DNA of 64,000 nt from the human T2T-CHM13v2.0 reference genome, Homo sapiens. The notes under the pieces were generated by a model, which worked only from the letters and a program-made list of their open reading frames with translations, was not told where the DNA came from and did not search any database. The position numbers and the translations under genes were made by a program. The stretch lies in assembly GCF_009914755.1 (NCBI RefSeq), contig NC_060935.1; one strand, written 5' to 3'. Positions 1 to 17,219 of the stretch are shown here, piece after piece (within the stretch, counting starts at the first letter, position 1; every line of letters begins with the position of its first letter).

Positions 1-1426
1 ATAATTAAAAGTTCTTTAAGGAAGTCAATGGATTGATTTTATATGTGGTTAAAATTGTGTGTGTGTTCACTTTTGTGATGTTGGTAATTCAGATGCTATC
101 TGTTTTGCTATATCGTGTGATATGGATATGCAGTTATTTTACCTCCATACATCCAGAGGCATGTTCTTTCTCCATGTATCTGTAGTGTAATACCTGCCAT
201 ATTGAAGTACCTCTTGATAACTTAGTCTGTTTCTGAACATTTTATTATCTTCTACTGTGTGTTCATCTGTTTCTACAATATTACCACACTGCATTAATTA
301 CCATATAGTAAAACTAGTCTTGACATTCTGTTGAAAAAAGCCTCAGGGAATTTTTTTTTTTTTTTGCTCTAGGTACTTACTATTCTTGGCCTTTCACACT
401 TTCAGAAAAATTTGAGGATGTTCTTGTCACTCTCCAAAGTAAATGACAATGATGATAATGATAATGAAGACGATGATGACAAAAATACCAGAGTGGTATT
501 TTTATTGGACAGAATGAAGTTTATTTTGAGAGAATAGATATATATTTTTCCAGTCTTTGAACTTAATACAATTCTATGTAGGTTTGCATTAAATCCTCTT
601 AATATATTTTGATACACTTATCTTTAGAGTTACTGACCTACCCCTAGGTATTGAATATTTGATGCTATCATAAGTAGTCTATTCTTAAATATTTCATTCT
701 AGTTTGCTGCTTTTATAAAGACATACAGTTGATTTTAATATATTTGTTTTGAATTCAGAAACATTACAAAACTCTCATTCATTTTTTTTCCCTTATCCAT
801 GTTATCTCTACATTACTATGTATTATTATCTGTGAAATGTCATCTTATGAAAATGATGACCTTTTTTGTTTTATCTGTCTATCTATTGATCTATCTGTAA
901 TTGATCCTTGTTTATATGCATTATTACACAACTTTAGTGGTTAAAAGTTACAGTACAATGATTGACAAAATAAAGAAAGCTGTAAATATTTATGATTTCA
1001 AAAGTAATATCTTACGTTTTAATATTAAGCCTGTTTGTCCTGTAGTTATTTGAAGCTCCTTTATGAAATTAAGAAACATATAATTTTATTTGCTAAGGAA
1101 GTTTTTACATGCTTTGATATTAAATTTTAAAAGAAATAGTTCTTATGAGTGTTTATATAATCAAATGCCTTTAGTGTTTTAATATATCATTGTTTGGAGG
1201 TATTTGAAGTAACATTATATTATTACTAATTATTATTATTGTCATGGAAAATTTATCTAAAAGTTTAAGAAAAAGACATTGCTCAGACACTTCTTAGGCC
1301 TGAATTCCCCTGGATTTGTTATTCCAGTTTACTTTTATATTTTCCCTTTATTTTCTATCAGGGTCTTTTAGGATACTGTTAACTTTTATATCTTAGAAAA
1401 ATAAAATAATTTCTCCCACTTGGAAA

Positions 1427-1995
1427 ATTTTTTTATTATACTTTAAGTTCTGGGTTACATGTGCAGAACATGCAGTTTTGTTACACAACCATCTGATATG
1501 TGACAAAACTGATACACACAAGCAATGGGGAAAAGATTCCCTATTTAATAAATGGTGTTGGGAAAACTGGCTAGCTATATGCGAAAACTGAAACTGGACC
1601 CCTTCCTTACATCTTGTGTAAAAATTAACTCAAGATGGATCGAAGACTTAAATGTAAGACCTGGGACCATAAAAATCCTAGGAGAAAACCTGGGCAAGAC
1701 CATTCAGGGCATAGGCATGGGCAAAAACTTCATGTCTAAAACACCAAAAGCAATGACAACAAAAGCCAAAATTGACAAATGGGATCTAATTAGACTAAAG
1801 AGCTTCTGCACAGCAAAAGAAACTATTATAATCAGAGTGAACAGGCAACCTACAGAATAGAAAATTTTTGCAATCTACCCTTCTTGCAAAGGGCTAATAT
1901 CCAGAATCTATAAGGAACTGAAACAAATTTCCAAGAAAAAAAAAAACCCATCAAAAAGTGGGTGAAGGTTGTGATCAGACACTTCTCAAAAGAAA
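1427..1995 (-). mobile_element. Short L1PA insertion: about 60 bp of 3' end (-) joined to an inverted ORF2 fragment (+, 1486-1995)
   Basis: TTTTATTATACTTTAAGTTCTGGG... followed by + strand ORF2 text (KLKLDPFLT...VNRQPTE). Confidence 0.85.
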
Positions 1996-2669
1996 AAATA
2001 TTTTTATGACTGTTTCTTAAATAGCAATTGGATTGGGACTATAGACTCTTTCTTTTAATATCTCTCTTGCCTGGCCTCTTGGATCTCAACTTTTCTTCTG
2101 AAAAAAAAATTACCTATAGTTTAACTAGTTCATTTTTAAAAAATTTTCTCTTACTATACTTATTTTGGTAGCAAAAATAACAAATTATATCAGTAAATCT
2201 ATTCTCTCATTGATTACCTGACTGAGAAGAGTTTGGCACCTTTCTTTTAAATAAATCTTTAACTTTGAATTGGCAGAAATTTATTGAAATATTTCTTTTT
2301 TTAGCCCAAGAAGGTGACATGTCATCCATAATTCAGATCTCTATTTAAGCAATTTGTTTATATAAAGCAATTTCTCACGCCTCTATTGATATAGCCACAG
2401 CCTTGGTTTCTGTTTTTAAAAACATGTTCAGAACTTACGAAAATAATGACTTAAAGCTGTAATGAAACCACACATTGGAAGATTAAAAAAAGTTAGTATT
2501 ATGTGCACAGATCATTCCTTAACCAAAACCTGCATGCAACTCTGAACAAAGTTTGTAGCATTGGAATTTAGAATTGCAAGATAATAATACACATAATCAA
2601 TACTTTTAAAATTAAAACTTGTTGCACAAATATGCTTGTGCCAACATGGGTTTTCATTGTCTTATTCAT

Positions 2670-3800
2670 TTATTTATTTTTAATTTTTATGGCTACATAA
2701 TAGTTGTACATGTATATGGGGTACATGTGAAGTTTTGATACAAGGATACCATGCATAATGATTAAATCAGGGTAATTGAGATATTCATCACATCAAGCAC
2801 TGGTCATTTCTTCTTTTAAGAATGTTCCAATTTCACTTTTCTAGTTATTTTGAAATATACAATAGATTATAGTTAACTACAGTTGCCCTATTGTGTATGG
2901 ACTACTACTAGATCTTATTCCTTCTATCTAACTGTATTTTGGTTAGATATAATTAATCTTTGATCATTAATCAACACCTGCTTATACACCACTCTCCCCA
3001 CTACCCTTTTCAGCCTCTGATAACATTTATTCTATTTTCTATGTCCATGAGATTGACTTTTTATGTCCTACATATGAGTGAGAGCATGTAATATTTGGTT
3101 TTCTGTGCCTGGCAAATTTCCCTTAACTTAATGACCTCCAGTTCCATCTACATTGTTGCATGTGTTAATCCGTTTTTGTTCTGTTATAAAGGAAATTGTG
3201 ATGTTGGACAATTTATAAAGAGAAAGGGGTTATTTGGCTTACAGTTCTGCAGGCTATACAAGAAGCATGGCATCGGCACCTGCTTCTGGTTAGGGTCTTA
3301 GGAAGCTCACAAACATGGTGGAAGTCAAAGGGGTAGCAGATGTGTCATGGAAAGAAAGAGAGCAAGGCAGAGAGGAGGGAGGTCCCAGACCCTCACATGA
3401 ACCAGCAGCTCTTGAATGAACTAATGGATCAAGGGCACCAAGCCATTCATGAGGAATCCATCCTCATGACCCAAACATCTACCACTAGGCCTCACCTCCA
3501 ACATTGGAAATCACATTTCTACATGGAATTTGGAGAGGAGAAACATCCAAACTACATAACCGCAAATGACAGAATTTCATTCCTTCTGTGACTGAATAAT
3601 ATTCCACTGGGTGTTTATACCACATTTTCTTTATCCATTCATTCATTGATGGATACAGGTTAATTCCATATCTTGGCTATTGTGAATAATGCTGCAATAG
3701 ACATGCAAGTGCAGGTATACCTTTGATATACTGATTTCTTTTTCTTTGGCTAGATACCCAGTAGTGGATTGCTGGATTGTGTATTAGATCTATATTTTGC
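2670..3800 (-). mobile_element. Old L1MA-like 3' end interrupted by an MST LTR
   Basis: GGGGTACATGTGA...; CACATTTTCTTTATCCATTCA...CCCAGTAGTGG. Confidence 0.7.
3161..3559 (-). mobile_element. MSTB-like MaLR solo LTR
   Basis: AATTTATAAAGAGAAAGGGGTTATTTGGCTTACAGTTCTGCAGGCT...AGCATGG; CCTCACCTCCAACATTGG. Confidence 0.8.
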
Positions 3801-5469
3801 TTGTCTTTACTTTTTTAGTTTTGGCTTATACACTAAGATGTCTATAAAACAGAAAAGTGAAAAAAAACTTCTGTTTCTGAGTGATAATATTTTAAAGTAA
3901 TCCTTGGCTTAGATTCTAAAATTCTTTTCATTGATTTAATCCCTGACTTGACTTCAACTGGAATATCAGGTAAAATGTATTGATGGAGGTCGGTCTTAGA
4001 AATTTCCAAGCAGATATTTAATTTTTGCTGCCCATGGCCTATTAAAAATAGCTCATAATATAAATATAAACCATAACTAGCTGCTTAAATTTAGCCTATC
4101 AATTTGTCTAAATTTTTCAATACTAGCTGCATCAGAATTTCCAAACCTTTTGAATAGTTGTAATTTCTGTTTCCAAATGCCACTACACGTGTGCATGTCT
4201 CAAGACTTCATGGTCAGTAACCAATGAGGTGGTATATTATTGGGTCAATATTTGACACCATTTTTTTTTCTTCTCTGATTTGTGCCCTATAGGAATAGAT
4301 TCAGAAATTACATTACATGGATTTAAAATATCAGTACTATGACTTATATGGTTATGCTGAAAACTATAGGTGGATATACAGTGCAATTCTGATACCTAAC
4401 ATATCCCTATTCTTTGAAACACTAGCTCAAGGCATGTTTAGACTATAACAATAAGCCAACATAATTGAATGTAAAAATATGTACAATGTAATGTTAAAAA
4501 TGTTTGTGTATAAATAAATGCATACACATAAAGCAACAGAAAAATATTTTAAAAGCATATCAGCTCTAATTACATAGGGGTTATTAGAATAGTCATGGTT
4601 GTGTTTTTTGTTTTATTTTTATTTTTTCAAGTTTTTCAGTACAGCCTCTATATAGATGTATATTATTTTTTAAGACATGACCAACACTTAGCAACTCAGA
4701 AGAAATTATATTCTAAGTTACAGAAGAGAAAGTTTTCTCTAATTATTTTGTTTATATCTCATGACAATGAACTGTCAGGATTCTCCAGGGTCTGTGTCCC
4801 TGAAGTCAAGCAGTTAGATGTAAAACAAACAAAACGATCACAGAATGTGGTCTCAAGGTCTGTCCCTTCCTCAGAAGCATCTCTCTGCTCCTTTCGACTT
4901 CTTGACAGTTGGAAAAATGCCATTTCAGTACTTCATTGAATCATATTTTGTAAGAATTACCAACTGACTGATTGAAGGACTAGAAAACTTTAAACAAAAT
5001 TTCCTTTTTGAGAGAGAAAGTGTGTGAAGCTCCTTAATACTAGGAAGAACACCTTCAACAAAAGGTGTATCAGGAAAATCCGGCTTCTGGTGAGTTGGCT
5101 CACTGTAGAGTCATTTCTTCACTTTCACATGAGTAATACTGGAATCTGGCACATTTGTGGCAGGGGAGAAAATCCATGTGAGTTGAATAACAGCAACATC
5201 TACTTAGTTCATGGTTTATATTCAACAGACTAAATTTTATTTTTATTACTTCTAGGACCATTGCCCTGAATTTGAAAATATAAAATCTCTACCTGTATGG
5301 TAGGTACTTCAGAGGTTATATAAGAGAGGTTGAATGTAAGTCTTGTCTTAAAGAAGAGATATTCTTCAGAGAAAAAGCTGAAAGGGCCACACACACACAT
5401 ATTAGAAAAATATTCCATCCGCCATATAAATATTGTTATGGTATGGATGGAGAGAAAATAAAAGAAGAG

Positions 5470-5523
5470 AAAAAGACATTTTGATTAACTTCAAGGAAAA
5501 AGACATTTTGATTAACTTCAAGG
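5470..5523. repeat. Perfect 27-bp tandem duplication
   Basis: AAAAAGACATTTTGATTAACTTCAAGG x2. Confidence 0.95.
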
Positions 5524-8500
5524 CTTTCTTGGAAGAATTATGCAAATGATTTCTGAAATAATGACACAATGTAAAACATGAAGGAGAAAGGTGGCATTTC
5601 AGAAGGATAGACAGTAGACTAGAAGTTATAAATGACTTGTTTTCTAAAATAAAGATTTAAAATAGTGCTATAAATAAACAATATTATGGTGACTAGATGA
5701 TTTGGTTATATAGTTCTTGGGGATATTATAGAAACTAGGCCAAAAAGGTTCAATTTGATACATTTGTATAAACTATATTAAAAAACACTTACATTATTGT
5801 ATTCCAGGCAAAGAGGGAGTTGAAAAATGTTAATCTTACAGATTTGACTACAGTTTGATAGGATAATTGGAAATCTTGTCTCTAGATGAGTAGTTGATGA
5901 CAGTGGAAATTCAGCAAGAGGGACATTTTGAAGATTTTTTTTTCTCTCTCTCTTTATTTTAACATTTCCCTAATTGTCTGTCCCAAAGCCACAAACCTGA
6001 GTAGGCAAAAAAAGAATCAGCAAGAACCACACAGGAATGCAATGGTAAAATGAAAATGCTACGTTTGCGGATTGAGAAACAGATATAATTTTGAATCCAA
6101 GATTGAGTGAAAACTCTAAAATTAAGGGATTCCAGGATATAACACTCTTTGAAAAATATCTTTTTAAATTTGCACTGCAAAGACATTTTCAAAACTTCAA
6201 ACTGATGCCATTTTTCTGGGAGGTTTACACACTCAAAAATTAAAGTGTAAATGAGCTGTTATCTGTCAAGGCTTTACCAAAGTATAGATTTGTAGCCAGA
6301 TATTTTAAAGTCATACCCTATTAGAGAGTTCCGTGCTAAAGATTAAAGGACCTACCATGTTGTTATCGACATTTCATACATGATGAAGTTAAGGCTCATA
6401 TTATTAAACATTTTGCTAAAGTTACATATGTCATAAGTAGAAGGCTGAATCTGAAGTAGCGGGTTCCCTTTCCTAAGCCCATATTCTCTACAAGATAGCA
6501 TGATGTGATGCTACCATTTTCTCCATAAATTTAGATCAGCTTCCCTCAATAAAGAAAATAACCGTTGAGATTAGAGTTTCTGATTAGACAGTACAGTGGG
6601 AATTTTATTGTTTGCTTTGCTAAGAACAAGGATATAATTTATTCATTCAATCCTGGGAATCCTCCCATGTATCCAGTGTAATTAATTCAAAGCAATACCA
6701 TTACTACTTTGATAACATTATGGCTATAATATTATCTTAACAATTATAGTCTTTATTATGCACTTTTCAGTGTCTGTTTTGTCTGTGAACTAATAAATAT
6801 ACAATATGGACCTGGCTTTCAAGATAATTGTGAGATGGGCGAGGAAGTGTTGCATTTATTTTAGGTGATTGTGAACTCTTCTAGGTTTTAAAGCTTCCTA
6901 TAATTATTTAACATAAGTTCCTGTTGAGCACAACATATATATTCTCCAGGAGTTGAGATGAAAGAATGTTTGATAGAGATTTAATGAATTGCCCAAATTG
7001 CAATAGGGCCTATAAAGATGGAACAGACTGAAGAATAGTAATATTAATTGAACCTGAAGAAACAGTGAAGGAATTCCAGATAGAGAGAGTGGCCTAATTA
7101 AGGCAAGTATCTGTGGTTAAGTACTGATGCAATTACAACAAAGGATTGAACAAACAGTGAAGGGAAGCAAGAAAAGAGTTAAACAGTGCATGAAATATAA
7201 TAATAAATGCACAGTCCTAAAATCTGTCAGAAAATTTTAAGTGCACAAGCATGGAGGTGCAGCTTACCAGTAATAACTGAGGACAAAGCTTGGCATGGCA
7301 ATAAAGTGACCTAAGGCAGTTCAATTATTTAACAACTTCTCAGTTAGGCACCGTTATTAGATACATGGCAAATAAAAGAAGATTGCTGAGTTCATTGCCT
7401 CTTGGCATGGCAGCATACTCTTGGGAAAATGAGGTTTACTTCTCAGTGTCAATATCAGCTCAGATAATCAATGGTATACTTAGAATATTGAGTAGGTTTT
7501 CTGGCATATTTAGTAACCAGGGTGAGGAGGAAAATGAAAAACCACAAATGCCCTCACCCCTGAGCCCCACAAAACAAACAAACAAACAAACAAAAAACAC
7601 TAAAATTGTTTAACTAGAGAGGAAAAGAGAGCCACGTAAAATGTCCTTAAATATTTAAAGGACTATAATGTGAAAGGGTTGAGTCTTAATTTCTGTGAAT
7701 TCCAGACATAAAGTTTGATCCATTTGCATTAGAAAAGTACCCAAAAATGCAATAGAAAAATATCAGTATAGTGAATTTTCAAACATAGAACTACTAAGAT
7801 GTTTACTTTCATAATAAGTTTCACTGACAGGGTTTGAAGAGAGATCAGTATACATGAGGAAAAATGAATAAAAGATAATACATATATAGTACTTGATGTA
7901 TGGCTTTATACACAGACAAAAGAAAAAAATAGCTATTGTTGCTAAAATACTATTGCTTATTTTTAATCATAATAACATGGCAAGAAATCTGGAGCCATTG
8001 TAGTTTTTTAAGAAGAGAAATTAATAAGTAAATATGTACAGAAAAATGATTCTGGAATCAGTTAAGAATAGGGACTACAGGGAGAAAAATTGGGGGTTAG
8101 AAAATCAGTTGACAATTGTAATATTAATACAAGCAAGATATAACTAGGTTCTGATAAAAACAGGTGCAAGAATTAACCTTTCTACATCTCAGTTTTCTCA
8201 TCTGTACATATTGGAATTATAATAATGTCAAATTGATAACATTGACATAAGGATTAAGTATGTTAATATGTTCAAAGCTCATAACAGTTCCTTGCATAAG
8301 CAAATGCTATATGTTTATTAAATAAAATTCAAACAGATGAGAAAATGTGAGGGAATGTACTTTAATGCAAGAAAGAAGCACTAAAAATATTACTAATGAG
8401 GACTGAAGAGAAGGCATGGGAAAATATTCAGAAATGCTCTTTTTTTCTGCTTGCCAAGCTTTGTCTTCTCTTGGTTTAGAATCTTTCAGAAAGGACACTT

Positions 8501-9832
8501 AGTTTCCACTAGACAGAGTATGATCTAAACATTCCAAGGATTATTTCTTCAATGCAAGTTCTAGAACCTTTAGTGATAAAATGGCTTAATCTAGCTGTCT
8601 TGTAGTAATAAAATATTGTATCTCAAAATTCTTAACTTGTGTAGTTGTGACGTAACTAAAGTAATCCAAGTTCCTGAATGTAAAAACAAGCCTTTTTAAT
8701 CAAAGCCTGTGACTAAATGCATGAAATTCACAGAAGGTCCATCCAATCTCCTATGTAACAGAAAGTGATCCTATAACAGATTCTCTGTGCCTGGGATTAG
8801 TTATGATAGATTTGATAGTAAGTTGTCATTTGTTACAAACAAGACCAGAAGTTGTGGCAGTTCACAGATGTGTCCAAGAAGGCAACATCTTATCTATTGG
8901 GTCTCCAAATACATTTACAGAATGAGTTTGTGGTTTTTATTGTTTGTTTTTTAGGGTTAACCATGTGAAATTTATAATGTGAGGATGACTATTGCTTTAC
9001 ATAAACAAAATGTTTATATTTTTCAATCACACATATTCTGTCATTCCTCATTGACTACCACATCTAAGTTTGTCACCATATCAAGAAAAAATGTTTGGAT
9101 GTTGTAAGGTATATTTACTTTTTTTTAGTACAGCCATAAGCTAGATAATGATGTTTCAGGCAAATATGGACTGCTTATATGATGGTGAGCCCACAATATT
9201 ATAATAGTGCCAAAAAATTCCTATCACCTAGTGACATCCTAGCATCATAAAGTGGTAGTGTAATGCATTACTCAAATGTTTTTGGTGATGCTGGTGTAAA
9301 AAAACTTTCCGTGCTGCCAGTCATATAAAACCTCAGCATATGCAATTATATTCAGTACCAAATACTTGATACTGACACTAAAGGATCATGAACTGGTTTA
9401 TGAATTTAATAATATATACTTTTATCATCATTTTGGAGTGTACTCCTTCCATGTATTAAAAAATGTTAACTGTAAAACAGACACATCCTTCAAGAGGTAT
9501 TCTAGAAGGAGACATTGTTATCTTAGGAGATGACATATCCATATATGTTTCTACCCTGGAAGGCCTTCTAGTGGGACATGATGTGGAGGTGGAAGACAGT
9601 GATATTGATGAACCTGACTCTATGTAGGCCTAGGCTAAAGTATGCACTTATATATTAGTTTTTAACAAAACAGCTCAAAAGTAGAAAAAAAAAACAAAAG
9701 CAGAAAGCGTCTTATAAAACAAGGATATAGAGATCTCAATATGGATGAATAGGAACAGCTCCAGTCTACAGCTCCCAGCGTGAGTGACGCAGAAGACGGG
9801 TGATTTCTGCATTTCCAACTGAGGTACCGGAT

Positions 9833-10171
9833 TCATCTCACTGGGGAGTGCCGGACAGTGGGTGCAGGACAGTGGGTGCAGTGCATGAGGTGAAGCAGGC
9901 TGACACATTGCCTCACCTGGGAAGTGCAAGAGGTCCGGGAATTCCCTTTCCTAGTCAAAGAAAAGGGTGACAGACGGCACCTGGAAAATTGGGTCACACC
10001 CACCCCAATACTGCGCTTTTCCAATGGGCTTAAAAAATGGCACACCAGGAGATTATATCCCTCACGTGGCTTGGAAGGTCCTACGCTCACGGAGCCTCGC
10101 TCATTCCTAGCACAGCAGTCTGAGATCAAACTGCAAGGTGGCAGCGAGGCTGGGGGAGGGGCGCCCACCAT
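9833..10171 (-). CDS. L1 antisense ORF0 homolog (112 aa)
   Basis: MVGAPPPASLPPCSLISDCC... matches the primate L1 ORF0 N-terminus; true ATG (CAT at 10169-10171). Confidence 0.7.
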   Translation of the reverse strand: MVGAPPPASLPPCSLISDCCARNERGSVSVGPSKPREGYNLLVCHFLSPLEKRSIGVGVTQFSRCRLSPFSLTRKGNSRTSCTSQVRQCVSLLHLMHCTHCPAPTVRHSPVR

Positions 10172-11788
10172 TGCTCAGGCTTGAGTAGGTAAACAAAGTG
10201 GCTGGGAAGCTCCAACTGAGTGGAGCCCACCACAGCTCAAGGAGGCCTGCCTGCCTCTGTAGCCTCCAACTCTGGGGGCAGGGCACAGACAAATAAAAGA
10301 TAGCAATAACCTCTGCAGACTTAAATGTCCCTGTCTGACAGCTTTGAAGAGAGTAGTGGTTCTCCCAGCACACAGCTTGAGATCTGAGAACGGGCAGACT
10401 GCCTCCTCAAGTGGGTCCCTGACCCCCGAGTAGCCTAACTGGGAGGCACCCCCAAGAAGGGGCGGACAGACACCTCACATGGCCGGGTACTCCTCTGAGA
10501 CAAAACTTCCAGAAGAACGATCAGGCAGCAGCATTTGTGGTTCACCAATATCTGCTGTTCTGCAGCCACTGCTGCTGATACCCAGGCAAAAAGGGTCTGG
10601 AGTGGACTTCCAGTAAACTGCAACAGACCTGCAGCTGAGGGTCCTGACTGTTAGAAGGAAAACTAACAAACAGAAAGGACATCCACACCAAAAACCCATC
10701 TGTATGTCACCATCATCAAAGACCAAAGGTAGATAAAATCACAAAATGGGGAAAAAACAGAGCAGAAAAACTGGAAGCTCTAAAAATCAGACTGCCTCTC
10801 CTCCTCCAAAGGAATGCAGGTGCTCACCAGCAATGGAACAAAGCTGGATGGAGAATGACTTTGACAAATTGAGAGAGGAAGGCTTCAGAGATCAAATGAC
10901 TCCGAGCTAAAGGAGGAAGTTTGAACCAACGGCAAAGAAGTTTAAAACTTGGAAAAAAAATTAGATGAATGGATAACTAGAATAACCAATGCAGAGAAGT
11001 CCTTAAAGGATCTGATGGAGCTGAAAACCATGGCACGAGAACTACGTGAGGAATGCACAAGCCTCAGTAACCGATGTGATCAACTGGAAGAAAGGGTACC
11101 AGCGATGTAAGATGAAATGAATGAAATGAAGCATGAAGAGAAGTTTAGAGAAAAAAGAATAAAAAGAAATGAGCAAAGCCTCCAAGAAATATGGGACTAT
11201 GTGAAAAGACCAAATCTACGTCTGATTGGTGTACCTGAAAGTGACGGGGAGAATGGAACCGAGTTGGAAAACACTCTGCAGGGTGTTATCCAGGAGAAGT
11301 TCCCCAATCTAGAGAATGCCACAAAGATACTCCTTGAGAAGAGCAACTCCAAGACACATAATTGTCAGATTCACCAAAGTTGAAATGAAGGAAAAAATGT
11401 TAAGAGCAGCCAAAGAGAAAGGTCAGGTTACCCACAAAGAGAAGCCCATCACACTAACAGCTGATCTCTTGGCATAAACTCTACAAGCCAGAAGAGAGTG
11501 AGGACCAATATTCAACATTCTTAAAGAAAAGAATTTTCAACCCAGAATTTCATATCCAGCCAAACTAAGCTTCATAAGTGAAGGAGAAATAAATCTTTTA
11601 CAGACAAGCAAATGCTGAGAGATTTTGTCACCACCAGGCCTGCCCTAGAAGATCTCCTGAAGGAAGCACTAAACATGGAAAGGAACAACCTGTAACAGCC
11701 ACTTTAAAAACATGCCAAATTGTAAAGACCATCAAGGCTAAGAAGAAACTGCATCAACTAATGAGCAAAATAATCAGCTAACATCATA

Positions 11789-13386
<1,598 letters not shown>

Positions 13387-13667
13387 TGAACATTGATGCA
13401 AAAATCCTCAGTAAAATACTGGCAAACCGAATCCAGCAACACATCAAAAATCTTATCCACCATGATCAAGTGGGCTTCATCCCTGGGATGCAAGGCTGGT
13501 TCAACATACTAAAATCAGTAAACATAATCCAGCATATAAACAGAACCAAAAACAAAAACCACATGATGTAGTAGATGAAGAAAAGGCCTTTGACAAAATT
13601 GAACAGCCCTTCATGCTAAAATCTGCCAATGAACTAGGTATTGATGGGACGTATCTCAAAATAATAA

Positions 13668-14129
<462 letters not shown>

Positions 14130-14132
14130 TAG

Positions 14133-14363
<231 letters not shown>

Positions 14364-16553
14364 TAAAAGAACAAAGCTGGAGGCATCACACTATCTGACT
14401 TCAAACTATGCTACAAGACTACAGTAACCAAAACAGCATGGTACTGATACCACAACAGAGATATTAACCAATGGAACAGAACAGAGCCCTCAGAAATAAT
14501 GCTGCATATCTACAACTATCTGATCTTTGACAAACCTGACAAAAACAAGCAATGGGGAAAGGACTCCCTATTTAATAAATGGTGCTGGGAAAACTGGCTA
14601 GCCATATGTAGAAAGCTGAAACTGGATCCCTTCCTTACACCTTATACAAAAATTAATTCAAGATGGATTAAAGACTTACATATTAGACCTAAAACCATAA
14701 AAACCCTAGAAGAAAACCTAGGCAATACCATTCAGGACATAGGCATAAGCAAGGACTTCATGTCTAAAACACCAAAAGCAATGGCAACAAAAGCCAAAAT
14801 TGACAAATGGGATCTAATTAAAGTAAAGAGTTCCTGCAGAGCAAAAGAAACCACCATCAGAGTGAACAGGCAACCTACAGAATGGGAGAAAATTTTTGCA
14901 GTCTACTCATCTGACAAAAGGCTAATATCCAGAATCTACAATGAACTCAAACAAATGTACAAGAAAAAAACAAACAACCCCATCAAAAAGTTGGTGAAGG
15001 ATATGAACAGACACTTCTCAAAAGAAGACATTTATGCAGCCAAAAAACACATGAAAAAATGCTCATCATCACTGACCATCAGAGAAATGCAAATCAAAAC
15101 CACAATGAGGTACCATCTCACACCAGTTAGAATGGTGATCATTAAAAAGTCAGGAAGCAACAGGTGCTGGAGAGGATGTGGAGAAATAGGAACACTTTTA
15201 CATTGTTGGTGGGAATGTAAACTAGTTCAACCATTCTGGAAGTTGGTGTGGCGACTCCTCAGGGATCTAGAACTAGAAATACCATTTGACCCAGCCGTCC
15301 CATTACTGGGTATATACCCAAAGGATTATAAAACATGCTGCTATAAAGACACGTGCACACGTATGTTTATTGTGGCACTATTCACAATAGCATAGATTTG
15401 GAACCAATCCAAATGTCCAACAATGATAGACTGGATTAAGAAAATGTGGCACACATACACCATGGAATACTATGCAGCCATAAAAAATGATGAGTTCATG
15501 TCCTTTGTAGGGACAGGGATGAAGCTGGAAACCATCCTTCTCAGCAAACTATCACAAGGACAATAAAACAAACACTGCATGTTCTGGCTCATAGGTGGGA
15601 ATTGAACAATGAGAACACATGGACACAGGAAGGGGAACATCACACACCAGGGACTGTTGGGACTGTTGTGGGGTAGGGGGAAGAAGGAGGGATAGCATTA
15701 GGAGATATACCTAATGCTAAATGACGAGTTAATGGGTGCAGCACACCAACATGGCACATGTATACATATGTTACAAACCTGCACGTTGTGCACATGTACC
15801 CTAAAACTTAAAGTATAATATTAAAAATAAAAAAATAAAATAAATGAAACAAGGATATAAATAAAAATATGTTTGTGTAGCTATACAATGTGTTATTTTT
15901 TAAGGTAAGAATTATTACCAAAAGGTCAAATTAAAAAAACTAGAATTTATAAAGTAAAAATGGTATAGTAGGCAAAGGTTATTTTATTATTGGAGAAAGA
16001 AATTTTTAAAAATAAATTTTGGATAGCCAAAGTGTACAGTGTTGATAAATTCTACAGTAGTGTATATAATATTCTAGGCCTTCATATTCACCCACTATCT
16101 GCTTCCTGACTCCTACAGAGTAGCTCCTGCAAGCTTCATTCATATTAAGTGCCTTATACAGAAGTACCATTTTTTATCTTTTATTCCATATATTTTACTG
16201 TACCTTTTCTATGTTTAGATATGCAAATACTATTGTGTAAAAGTTGTCAGGTCTCTACAATAGGCTATACCATCTAGGTTTGTGTAAGTATACTCCATGA
16301 TGTTCACACAAAGATGAAATCACCCAATGGCACATTTCCTAGAATATATACTCATTGTTGAGCAATGTATGACTGTAGTATAAATTTTGTGGTTTATAAT
16401 TGCTAAAAAATAGAGAAATTTTTGTTTCATACAATATGTGCTGCAAACAGGCTGCATAACTAACAGAAGATAATCTATTGAAACTTTTAAGAATATCTAC
16501 AAAGCACATTCTCAGGAAGCGGTTTTATAACATTGAGTGTTTTGAGCCTTATA

Positions 16554-16601
16554 TTAGATTGGTGCAAAAGTAATTGTAGTTTTTGTCACTGAAAGTAATG
16601 G
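16554..16601. mobile_element. Half MADE1 (Hsmar1 MITE)
   Basis: TTAGATTGGTGCAAAAGTAATTGTAGTTTTTGTCACTGAAAGTAATGG. Confidence 0.85.
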
Positions 16602-17219
16602 TGATAAATAACTATATGATGGCTATATAATTGAGGGAACATATTATTAGTGGAATTTTTAATCAGACCACTTAAAGATTCTCTTAAGTAGATGTTCTAT
16701 ATATCCATCATAATGAGATAAACTTGGAACAGGTAAAAATGTAATGTATCAATACAGAACTGTGACCATCTGACAAGACACAATACGCCCCCCAGCCAAA
16801 TTTTACTATTATGTTTTTATGTATGTTTATCCTTTCAAAGGACTCTTTTGCCACGATCATATGACTACTATAATCTGCTCAATGCTTTTTTGATTTTGCT
16901 GATATGTTTCCTTTGTTGTCATATAATTATGTTTTACCATGAGAATTCATTGCTGTATCATATAAATTTACATACAGCTTGTGTACAATAATATTGATAA
17001 TTACTATTTTTTCTTGTTTTCCAGATGAGGGAACAAAAGTGCTGAAAGACAAAACTATTTTTCCCTAATCAAAAAGACTATAAATTATCAAGTAAGACTC
17101 TTAGTGAAGTCGAAGACCTTGAAAACACACTAACCACATTTGTCTTCACTCCTTTACATCAAGCCTCTTCTGGGTTCCTCCTACCCTACCTTCTCAACTT
17201 CTGTTGTTACAACTAATTT

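Noticed and set aside
17025-17091. Possible mini-exon supplying an ATG to OR5D17P
   Set aside because: The ATG frame stops after six codons (ATG AGG GAA CAA AAG TGC TGA), and the sequence resembles a MIR remnant.
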